A stretch of 64,000 nt of DNA. Origin: Spongospora subterranea f. sp. subterranea. Lineage: Eukaryota. Positions within the stretch are counted from its first letter, which is position 1, and each line of letters opens with the position of its first letter. Below, piece by piece: positions 23,466-34,381 of the stretch. Both the position numbers and the translations under genes were made by a program. The stretch is taken from the NCBI GenBank assembly GCA_049724395.1, contig JAUGWO010000149.1, positions 1-64,000 on the forward strand. Direction: 5' to 3'. The notes beneath the pieces were generated by a model. It did not search any database. It worked only from the letters and a program-made list of their open reading frames with translations, and was not told the origin of the DNA.

Positions 23466-26407
23466 TCATTCACCGGGCCATTTTTCATCAGGTAGTGGAG
23501 CTTCGCCGTTTTTAGAGTATAGATCTCGCAGTTGCTGGCGATAACGCTTCAGCAGAAATGCAGACCGGAGCTTGAACGTAGGAGTCATGCACTCGTTTTG
23601 TTCGGTAAATCCAAGACCCGATAAGTTGACGTTGAATTCTAATACGATATCCTTCGCCTAGAGCAAAATATTTAGCTTTTGGATGTCTCATGGTTCAAAC
23701 CAAATTCAACCTTTTCGAACCCCTTTAGTAAGCCTTCTTGTTCAGACATACTAGTTTTCACGACTTTTTTGATTTCATCATAGTGCTTTTCGCACATTTT
23801 CGCGAAAGCTTCAGGGAACCCTTCACGACCGAAAGCAGGGCCGTCGTACCATCCCTAAACTCATTCAGCATTGGGACATTTTTCTGGCAATATTTGGTGA
23901 TCTAAACCTGATCCTTGCCATATGAGATTATACGTTCCGCAGATGGAACAACAACAGCCAAGACAAATGACTTAAAGCTGTTTCCATAAACCCAGACTTG
24001 ACTGATCATGGGGCATTTGCTGTAGACAGCTTCAACATGCTCTGAGGCAACATATCTGAGAACCTTAAACTTGAGTAAATTGACACGTATCGATGACAGT
24101 GTTTAACATACTCTCCTTGGGATAGTTTGAATATGTTCTTTTTTCGGTCAATAACGGAGATTGTGCCATTAGCGTTGAAACGGCCAATATCCCCCCGTCA
24201 AATAAAACCCGTCCTCGTCGAAAGACTCTTTGGTGATTTTTTCATTGTGCAAATAACCTAGCGACATGGATTATCCAGTGTGCCGACCAAAGGAAATTAA
24301 AAACCTTTGAAAACATTGGGTCCACGAAGCGATATTTCTCCTCGAGGAAGCGGATCAGTAACCTACAGAGAGTTAGAGTTCTGAGGAAGGACAGAAACTA
24401 TCGGTACTTTGTAATTCATTTCCGGGATTGACCGCAACCTCACTTCGACGCAGGGAACTGGCGGTCCAACATGACCGGAAGTAAAATCAACTGGATTCGT
24501 AATAGATAAAGCAGCAGACGTTTCTGTCAGACCGTAGCCCTACAAGGTGGAACGTGTTCACGGCGCAAAACTTGCAATATTTAAAGTCAAACCTGAACAA
24601 CAACGCAGTTGAAAATAACCCGGAGAAACTCCATGAGATAAGGAGGAAGTGGAGCAGCTCCAGAAACTATGAGCCTGCATTTGTCAAGGCCAACACGTGA
24701 CGCAATCGGATTGAAAATCTAAAAACACGGCATTTGACATTTAGCGGTGCGCATGTCAGTTTCAAAAACCTTAGAGTCAAAAAAACCACTGCGAGCGGAT
24801 CTGTTACGAACGTTGGCCAATTGTGTCGAATATGCATGTCTAAATATGGAACGTTTCACACACGATGAATCAGTTACGCCTCCCATAATCTGGAATCCAG
24901 TTAAGTTTTGGAACGTTTTACTCCAACGCTGAGAGCCGAATACGGTTTGATAAATCCTTGACAAGACTCTTGGAACGGCCATCATGATGGTAGGCCTCAG
25001 AGCACATAAATCGTCAGTTAGCTTTTTGATATTGCCCTGCCAAAATCCCACACGCCCTCCCATCAGCATCATGACTACCTGTACCAAACATTACTGGAAA
25101 TTATTGACGATGTGAGGTTATTAAGTACCTGAGCATCAGTTTCAAAAATATGAGCAAGCGGAAGGAAACAAAAGTGAGTGTCGGTTTCGTGAACGCGGAC
25201 ATAGTGTTCGATACCAGGAACACCACTTAATACATTTCCATGTGTCATTATAGCTCCCTTAGTACTGATCAGCAAACATATATTGTTTTAGCGAATTGGA
25301 AGTGTACTTTGGGTTGACCAGTCGTGCCGGAAGTATACATAATGTATGCTACGTCGTCTTCAGTCGGGGGACTCGGGGCAACATTCGCCAAGATTCCTAT
25401 AGAGAACAAATGAAAAATTGTGCAATTGGAAACATAAATTTTTGTCTACCCTCAGCGATCAATGCTGACAACGTAATCAACTTGATACCAGCAGCTGCAG
25501 CTTTCGTTTTTTGCTCTTCATCGACTATGTCCGATGTATTACCGTATGCTTCCTCGTTGACATCGAATTGAATGATGAGGTTGATCTGTTGAGATGTAAG
25601 AAATCTTGAGATACGGTAACCTAATGAAGGCCATACTTTAGTACTAGAAGCGATGCCGAGAACTTCGGCAAGGTTTTCCTTGGCAACGAATAAAGTTGTA
25701 AGTTCTGCATGGTTTACGATGAATTCAACAGCTTGAGGACCAAGCGTGGCGTCTAGATAAATTAATAAAAAAACAGAAAAAAATGGGGGTTTAGAATAAC
25801 GGACATAAGGCAACAACTCTCATCCGTTGCGAATATGCCCCATAAGCTGAGATCATCCATTCGGCACGATTTGGCGCAAAAATGCCGATATTCATCTCGG
25901 CGGATAGCCCTCGAGCAACAAGACCTGAACCCACGGCAACAGCCTGCGATTATATTTGGCAAAACAAAAATAATCTAATGCGGTCAGGGCACCTGGTCAT
26001 GAACTTGGGAGAAAGTTTGCCATTTATATGCCCCATTTGAAATGTCGTCAAAAACGCGAGTTCCAAAACATTCCTTCGAAGGAAACCGCTTAGCCGCTTG
26101 GCTATTGGATGGTTAACCAACAGGATATTGTTATGAGGCATAACAAACCTCACAGCTTGCCACATCGACCGAACCTCATTTGGAGAATTTTCGAAGGGAA
26201 ACTTCATTAGATTTTTTTCAAATCCAATCGCACGACGTATCTCTGAGACTGCCTATAAAAGACTTGAACCAACGTGCGACAAAATACCGATTGAACACGT
26301 ACTTCTTTATCGACATTATCCCCACCATATCCGACGCTGCACGATTGTAAAATTTTATCTTTTTTGAGCTCATCCTCATAGTTAAATGCAGAAGGACCCG
26401 CTCCCAT
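23466..26407 (-). CDS. Long-chain acyl-CoA synthetase (AMP-binding), multi-exon
   Basis: MGAGPS start (possible myristoylation), [76 protein letters not shown]. Apparent +1 indel at 24191-24196. Confidence 0.93.
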
Positions 26408-29177
26408 GTCTAAAGCAGAAACTAAGCATACCATCAGAATCATTTCAGGTAAACATGAAATGAAACTGAATCCGCATACATATGCACAGCAGGCCTCAAC
26501 CTTCGACGAACCAATTATAAAGTATTGATACCTATATTCAACTATCACCTTCGTCTTGATGTGTCGTACCACGATCTAAACGTGCCCACGAACCACAGCG
26601 CTTTCAAAAATGACGACTGACTGAAGATAATCTCCAGAGACAACGGAGGCCGCAACAAGCACTCAGCCTGTAATGGTGGTAACGGAATCTGGTAACGAAT
26701 CCCGGCTTCCTCACAAATCAAAGAAAATCCCCAATAAAATGCGCTCGGACTACGCAAAAGCTGTCTGACTCACGCACTAGCCACCACCCTAACTGTAAAG
26801 CGCGGCGACTCGTCGACGGGCGACGTCAACGTCTGTGTACATTAGCCAATGGTCACACACACACGAACTGTTTGAAAAACTCCGAGCGAGACTGTTGCGT
26901 GAAGGCCCCAACTCTGAAACAACAATTTGTTGGACAAATCTTCATATTTTCTGTTGAATTCAGTTGCTAAACGTTGAGATCCAAGATGATTGTCATATTC
27001 GGTTATTAGTAAGGACGTATGGAAATAATCTTGAAAGTTTGTCGAGCGTGTTTTTCGCGTTTCAAATCGAACGACCGAATTGTCGTCTCGTTGCATGCCG
27101 TGTCCAAGCCGCTCATAGTCCAGCAACTCATTTTTCGGTTTTGTTTGTTGACCTTATATCTGTTCGGGGTCTCAGTACTGGCCCACCGATTTGAAATGGT
27201 GATTATCGCCACTCTATTGCTGGTGCTTCATATTGCATTGCGACTTCGATTGGCTTGCGATGTATTGACAGTGGATGACGGTTGTCATCAATCGAAGTTC
27301 AAACGCTTACACAGCTATTTGTGCCTGTTCTGAGAAAAGTTTCCTCGTCCTGGTCACTGCAGCAAACTATCGGCCACAGTTATTGCAGCGAGACTGGTCT
27401 GCGCCTGAAAAAGCGGTTTACCACCACGAGAATTGGACTGCTCGTAGACAGTTTTGAGTATGAAACTCCTTTTTCCGATTAAGCGATGGCCCCCATTGCG
27501 AAGGCTCACATATAGCAGGTTCGATTATCAAATTGCTTCGCTCAACGGTACACGTTGCCTGGAAGTAGCTGGTTTTTTGATGTATACTGTTTGACAAAGG
27601 TCCATTGATGAGATGTCGCGACTATCTTTCTTTCCATGAAGTGAGCGGCACCAGCGCTCGAATCGGATCCTGTTGGTAGGTGAACAGTCTTACCGTTTGC
27701 CCCGGATGCGACGCAGGGATAGGAAGAGCCGACATCGAAGAATCAAAAAGCAACGTTGCTTGTTCATGATTCGAGAAACGGAGGTCAACGCTGAGTCCAC
27801 TGACTGCATAGCGTCCCTCAACTTGTCAGTTTTGTCAACAGCCAACTCGTCCGTCGTCCACAATTTGACTGCATCACCAAAACAATGGCGACGATTTTGA
27901 TTCGCTTCCTATTCTTACTCCGGAGCGTATTCACAACACGGGATAGGATAGACGAGCGTTTGATATGCTCGTGTATATGTAATACAGATCTTCCCTGCTT
28001 CGTTAAGGGTAGTTTATGATAGTTATTCTATTCAACTTTTCAGACTCTTCCCAAACTATTTAAACTCGTCACTGACGAAAACCTATGACATGTACCTCTA
28101 TTGGATTATTTTCAATTGTTGTGCCGGTGACGACGGGAATGGCATTTCCCGGTTTTTTCGGCGGAGTCCTCCTCCCGGGTTTGGAGATATTGTTGAAGCT
28201 TGTGCACATTGTGGGAACTGGCTCCTGTACTTCCTGTATGAACCGTCGGACGCAGGCCACCAACTGCTCGGTGGCCAACGAGCTTGCCCCCAACAGTATC
28301 GCCGCTGTGGCAGCCGGCACGACGTCATCCCGGTTGTTCTGAGAGCGACGAATGTCCTTCATTCGAAATTTCGTCGTTGAACTATTCCATGGCCGATTGA
28401 GTTTTCACTGGATTTCTGGCAACTTGTGGCAACCCCAGCGTTGCTGCCATTCTCGCAAAGCTGGTGTACTGGAAACCCGGCGGAAATACCCTTTCTCTTT
28501 TGAAAATGGCTGAGTTTATGAGACCCTGAGTTTACAAACTCAAACAGCTAGTACCGCGTGTACGGGCGATGACACAATTGACCAAAACATGCGAATACAA
28601 CAAGGTGATTTATCATGCAGGCGACGATGACGCCTGCATGCGTGCATGGGAAAGGCGGGATTTATTTGCCCCGCATTCGAGCGTATGTGATGGAGAGCGA
28701 CCAGGCGGATGATGATGACGATCCGCAGTCGCGAGACGGAAATTGGTGATGGCTGTGAGTCCGAAGATGCGCATGGGAGCCAGTCCCACCAAGATGGTAG
28801 AAATCCCACTGTCATCGGGTTGGGCAAAGTACCAGCAGGAGACCGTGCTGAAGGAATACAACATGCAAATGTTGTATTCGCATGTTTTTGTCGATTGTGT
28901 CATCACCCATACACTAGGGCATGTGATCCGGTGCAGCACACATACTCGTAGGGACACACTTACACCGAACTGCACACAACCGATGGGACACACTCACCTC
29001 ATCGGTCAACACGCCGGACGTACCCATTGGTCAAACGGTGGGCCAGTTATCACCGCGCCCACTTGAAAAATGCCGAAGAGTTATTTATAGTTCAGTGAAC
29101 CAAGATGACGGAAACCCGCGTCTCCAGACTCCATGGGTGATCTTTTCCTGGCCATCTCAATATTGTTATCGAACCGA

Positions 29178-29488
29178 CAAGCGGGTCGAATGGCTCAATT
29201 AGTTCGTGTCCCAAGTGTTCGAACCTGCATAATTCCATGCCATCCGTATTCCAAAAAAGCCAGCGGCGACCCAGCGTACAGTCATGTTCCGGGTGACCCA
29301 CAAAACCGCACCTCGCGGAAACTCTCGCCCAAGGAGCTCATCCGGAGGGGATTCCTGTCTGCTTGGATGGTCAAAAATGACTGTACGCGGGGTCGCCGCT
29401 GTTTTTCATGGAATGCACATGGCGCCATGGTCGCCAGCCTCGCACACTCGTCGACGACCAACCAACCGAGCTCACATCCACGGCCTTG
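29178..29488. repeat. Degenerate inverted repeat (fold-back), ~110-bp arms, ~90-bp spacer
   Basis: Core CAGCGGCGACCCAGCGTACAGTCAT (29261-29285) matches the reverse complement of 29377-29401 at 24/25. Weaker similarity extends outward. Confidence 0.75.
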
Positions 29489-31825
29489 CCTACTTCCATG
29501 GCAATGCGACCGCTATGATTTGGGCAAACCGTTGCGACATTAACCGTTTCACAACCCAGTGGGCTCAAACCGCAATAATCACTCCCATTATTCTATTCAG
29601 ACGCCTTCGGCTGGATGGATTGCCGAAATTCATCTGCAGTCATGATCAGAAATTGGGAACGTTTCGTTGGAGTTATGCATTGGTATTGATTGAAAAAGGT
29701 CCCAGCAGGTGTCCTGACGCTCGCAACGTGCCCGGGCGATCATCAACCAATATGTCCGAACCGTTGAAACCTGTCGGACTAGGAGTTATGGGTGACATTC
29801 GTTTTGTCTAAGTGACCTGGTGATTTGTTTTCAAACATGAACTGAAAACCGTTGTCGATGCTCAAGCGTCGTGACCGTCCGAAAAATGTTCAGTTCGGTT
29901 CGGGAAGATCCATTCATGGAAGTTTGACAATGAGTGGTATAACGTTGAAACAAGTTCTACATTTGTGGTGATTGAGAAAAATGTTGGGCCACTCGCGCCT
30001 ATCATGGGAGACGTAGACAGCGTTAGTTTCCATATATTCGAACTTGCTCGTGGTTTGAACAGTCTCTCTACATCAAAGGGAAGGGCTGTTTACTGATTGA
30101 CCATAGTTCAAAGACGCTCCTGACATTGCCGTTTGAGGACCTGCTTCAAACAACTCAACAATATTACCGTCTACGAAAGTGGCGTATTTCCCATATCGTT
30201 GATTAACGTCAAGCATCAGATTCGAGCCAACTTGTCAAGTAACCATGCCCACCATCTCGGGTGCACAACCGTGCTTTTATCAGTTTTATCATCATCTGGT
30301 GTAACTCACTCCCACACTCACCAAGCTCCACGTCCACACTTAGGGTGTCACTTTTGCGAACCCTTCGAATCGTCAGATTGTCGTCTTCAGAGAGTGAGAT
30401 CTTCGAATTTAAGAAGACCGATTTCGGCTCTGACGTAATGGAGCGCCTCAAATCCAAAGCATGGCAAGCGGAAAGCGGTTGTGAAAATCTCCGAGTCAAC
30501 GCATCTCTGGTCGCATCGTATCACTGCCATTTTTCAGAGTATAGAAAAAACTAGGCAGAGAGTGGCACATCTCAATCCAGGCACTAATTGAAAGAAGGTG
30601 AACTTGGATTCAGATGTGTGGAATAAGTAGTCTCAAAACGTCTCCGGATGTTTCAGGATTTCACGCAAACGTTCCCGAATGCGCCGAACTGAATGAAAAT
30701 AGCAGACACGCGTTCGCGATTCGTTCTGATGACCTCTGCATTCGACAAGCTTTTTCCCAGCGCAAGACGCAAGCAGCAAGAAAGAGTATCTGCTTTCAGC
30801 AAGGGTAGGGAACCATGAGAGAGGAGGAATTTGAGGTTTTTTAACAAGATCATTGACGGAGCACAATACAAAATGCATGTGATGCCGTCTTGCTCAGGAG
30901 GAGTATTGCAGAATATCAGCGATGGATCATATAGTGTGAATCGGGATTCGAAGCCCGGAAGTATTGTTGGAGGTGATGAACCATGAGTCGGATAGATTCG
31001 ACAAATTCTAGTGTCTTCCCGTTGAGAGTATCGATCGTGTTTAAACATTTGATGTGATTCTGCTTACCGTCTGTTCGTCCTTTGATTAACATACCAGTCG
31101 GGTTTTCGAATGAACTGGATTGGTGTTGTCGCCAATGGATCACGAGCAAGCTTGTCATGGCACATGTCCCTTATGATGATTTTCGAAGTCGATCACGGTC
31201 CTCTTTTGTGAAACCATGATTGCTCATGTAGTCGAGATTTCGACAACAACCACTCAAGGCAGCAGTCTTTGGGGGGAATTTTGTGTATTTAGAATACAAC
31301 CTAGCGAAAGAGCTCCCCGGGAGAACCCATTTGGTAATGATCAAGATAGCCTTTGACGATTACCAAACGCGGCAAGCCTCATACGACCGTTGATTGCCGA
31401 TGCCTCACAGTTTACAAACATATGACAGGGTCACCTGTTCATCAGCTCACGAGTACACTGTAGATTTAAGTTGATTTTCAAAAAAAAAAACAAAAAAAAA
31501 ATGATAAAGTCGCCACCTTTGTTTTTGACTACAGAAGTTTGAAATGAGAAAAACGTTTCTGCCAGCCCCACACACGTCAGGTAATGTAAGAGCCCGTCTG
31601 GTAACCACGGAGTTCTGCCATTTTACCTCCATTTTGCCTTCAAAACTCCAGAATGGAGCGTTATGCCATTTTAGTAAAACACCGTGAACTGTCTGGCACA
31701 TTCTGGTCGTCCCAGTACAAAACTCCATAATGGCGAAATTATGGCGTTTTGAAAATGGAGGTCTGAGCTCCATTTTGGAGCCAAAGCGTCATTTTTACGG
31801 AGTTTGAAACGCGCGCCATAGTAAT

Positions 31826-32995
31826 ATGAACTTGAAGGTTTTCGCGAGTTTGGCATGGTGGTCAGTGAATTACGTTGTTAAGGAACCTTGCCATACCTCC
31901 CAAATGAGTGGCGAAGAGTGGGTCGAAGAACTTCTGAATGGAAACCGTCGCCGCTTCCGCAATCAAATGCGTATGCTGCCGGAAACATTTGAGGCAATTC
32001 TTGAAATGATGGAGAGGAGAAACGCTCTCGCGTCAAGCAGGTTTGTCTCTGCGAAAGAGAAATTGGCGACATTCCTCTACATCGTCGGTCATGCATCCTC
32101 GAATCGACAAGCGCAAGAGAGGTTCCAAAGGAGTGGATGGACTATAACCAAGTCCTTTAATGAAGTTTTGGAAGCTTTGATTGTTATATACCCTGAAGTC
32201 GTCGTCCTGCCTGATGCAAAGGTCTGCCCTTGGGAAATCCACAGCAATCCAAAAATGTTTCCTTTCTTCCAAGACTGCATCGGAGCGCTGGACGGAACGC
32301 ACATACCTGCATCACCCCCTGTTGGTCGAGCTAGGCCGTTCCGCAATCGCAAGGGCTTCATGAGCCAGAATGTGCTCGCCGCCTGCTCATTTGATTTGCG
32401 ATTCTTATATGTGCTCGCCGGCTGGGAGGGCTCAGCATCGGACGGCGGCGGCGTACTCAATGATGCCCTTCTTTTCAAAGGTTTCTCTGTCCCAGCAGGA
32501 AAAATGTATTTAGGTGATGCGGGATACGGTCTTAAAACTAATCTCCTGACGCCTTACCGAGGGGTTCGGTACCATCTTAAAGAGTGGGCGTTGGGCCATC
32601 AACGTCCCCAGAATGCCAAAGAATTGTACAATCTTCGTCACGCACAGCAACGCAACTGCATTGAGCGAATCTTTGGGGTTTTAAAGAAGCGATTTCCGAT
32701 TTTAATGTCTTCTCCAGAATACCCATTCACCTCGCAAGTCAAAATTGTTTACTCGCTCTGTGCGTTGCATAACATCATCATGGGATTGGAGCGGGACCCG
32801 TATTTCTTAGATAAATCCGAAAGAGACGCTGATCGCCGAGATCAACAACTTTGTCGCCGACTAGCACGTGGCAGAAACCATGAACAGCACGAAGTACCTG
32901 ATTGTTATTCAATGGAAGCGGGACGAATGAGAGATGGGATTGCCGAATCTATGTGGGACCAGTACCAGGGAACTTTGCATCAACGGCAACAATAA
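31826..32995 (+). CDS. Harbinger/PIF DDE transposase (HARBI1-like), 389 aa
   Basis: CIGALDGTHIP, FRNRKG..QNVLAACSFDLRF.YVLAGWEGSASD, YLGDAGY, YNLRHAQQRNCIERIFGVLKKRF, CALHN. Uninterrupted ORF. Confidence 0.96.
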   Translation: MNLKVFASLAWWSVNYVVKEPCHTSQMSGEEWVEELLNGNRRRFRNQMRMLPETFEAILEMMERRNALASSRFVSAKEKLATFLYIVGHASSNRQAQERFQRSGWTITKSFNEVLEALIVIYPEVVVLPDAKVCPWEIHSNPKMFPFFQDCIGALDGTHIPASPPVGRARPFRNRKGFMSQNVLAACSFDLRFLYVLAGWEGSASDGGGVLNDALLFKGFSVPAGKMYLGDAGYGLKTNLLTPYRGVRYHLKEWALGHQRPQNAKELYNLRHAQQRNCIERIFGVLKKRFPILMSSPEYPFTSQVKIVYSLCALHNIIMGLERDPYFLDKSERDADRRDQQLCRRLARGRNHEQHEVPDCYSMEAGRMRDGIAESMWDQYQGTLHQRQQ

Positions 32996-33004
32996 TAAAT
33001 ACAA

Positions 33005-34036
33005 CTAGATATGTATTACTTGAGTTTTTTTGCTTATGCATGCGTCGCGGGCCGCACCGGTCAACTTTGCGAAAATGGTCGCATTGCAACCATTCCCGAA
33101 GACATCAGCTATAGTTGCCAAGTCATCGCTGTCCAGGTACTGGTAGTTCTTCATCAAGATATCAATTGCGTTTGCCACACGATCATCTTGTGTCAATGGA
33201 ACCTGATTGGAATTTTGCGTTTTGGCAATCTCCAATTCGACCAACTTCGACATGGCTTCTCCGATAACGAATCCTGCGGATCGTCGATCTCGTTGAGGCG
33301 TCACACGACCTGCCAACGCTCGCCGTTTCGGTCTCCGGGCAGTGCCAGATTCTCCTGAACAAATATCATTGTCCGATGCATCGGCTTGTTCTCCCAGAGG
33401 CGACAAGGATACACCCTCGTCTCGTTCTTCCGACATAAACAAACCTCCGCCACCAGTTATTGGCGGTCCCAGGGCAAAATTTCCAGTCGCTTGGCATCCA
33501 TCCAACAAGACGGCCAACTGCTCGAACAATGGAAATGGCGTAGTTTGGAATTTCCGGTAATTCTTGTTAGTCTGAAGAAAGTTGAAGGTTTTGTCAGAAA
33601 CGTGGAGTAGGGCATTGGGCTCAATCATACCTCAATAACTGCAGCCCAGACATCATCCGGAGCCGTTGGCAGCCCACAAATGTCATCCCAGCCGAATCCG
33701 GAATTGTCTTTCAAATATTTAAAGTCTTTGAATTCTTTTTTTAGCCATACATTGAATCGTAGCAATCAACTATTTAAACAAAACGCACAAAACGCATCCT
33801 TTTCGTACTGTATCGAGCCGCGACTTCAGTTGTGCCGGCAAGTAAACAACGGCGAACTGCTCGTTGAAGGCTGTGGTTACAGACCTCCAAGCCTCTTTCT
33901 TAAAACCTGAATCCGCCCGCTTACCCCGATCGGACTGAATCTGTAGCTGTGAAACTAGGAACTCATCCCTCTCTTCGTTCCACGAGGCCCGAATAACGTC
34001 ACTGCAAGACTTCTTTCCTGGAGGACAGAGCGCCAT
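33005..34036 (-). CDS. Harbinger ORF2 Myb/SANT-like DNA-binding protein (3 exons)
   Basis: ASWNEERDEFLV..GKRADSGFKKEAW..FNEQF..QLKSR, then KYLKDNSGFGWDD..TAPDDVW, then YRKFQTTPFPLFEQL..GCQATG. Confidence 0.9.
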
Positions 34037-34381
34037 TGTACTGTAACAGTAACCCCACTACAAAATTACGGACTTTGGCGCGTCTGGCAAACGGCAACTC
34101 CCAGAACTCTCAAAAATGGCATTTTGGTCAATATGCCATAACAGGGATATTCCATTATGTGGTTACGGCAAAATGCCATTTTGGAACTGCGTGGTTACCA
34201 GACGGGCTCTAAACTTGTAAATGCGCTAGTGGGAGGGGGGCCACCCCGGCAGGTAATGTAAACTCCTGGGAAGTTCGGGGACAGCAGCAGCAACCCGGAC
34301 TTCCGTTACTAACTTAATTTGAGCTGGCGGACCGCAGGTGCAGCGATACCGAGTGTGCTGCAGCCTTGTTGATTCACTCGA

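Larger units (their letters stand above)
31590..34209. mobile_element. PIF/Harbinger DNA transposon, apparently intact and autonomous (2620 bp)
   Basis: 26-bp TIRs GAGCCCGTCTGGTAACCACG(G/C)AGTTC with one mismatch; TAA TSD at 31587-31589 and 34210-34212; two convergent genes (transposase and Myb/SANT). Confidence 0.97.
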
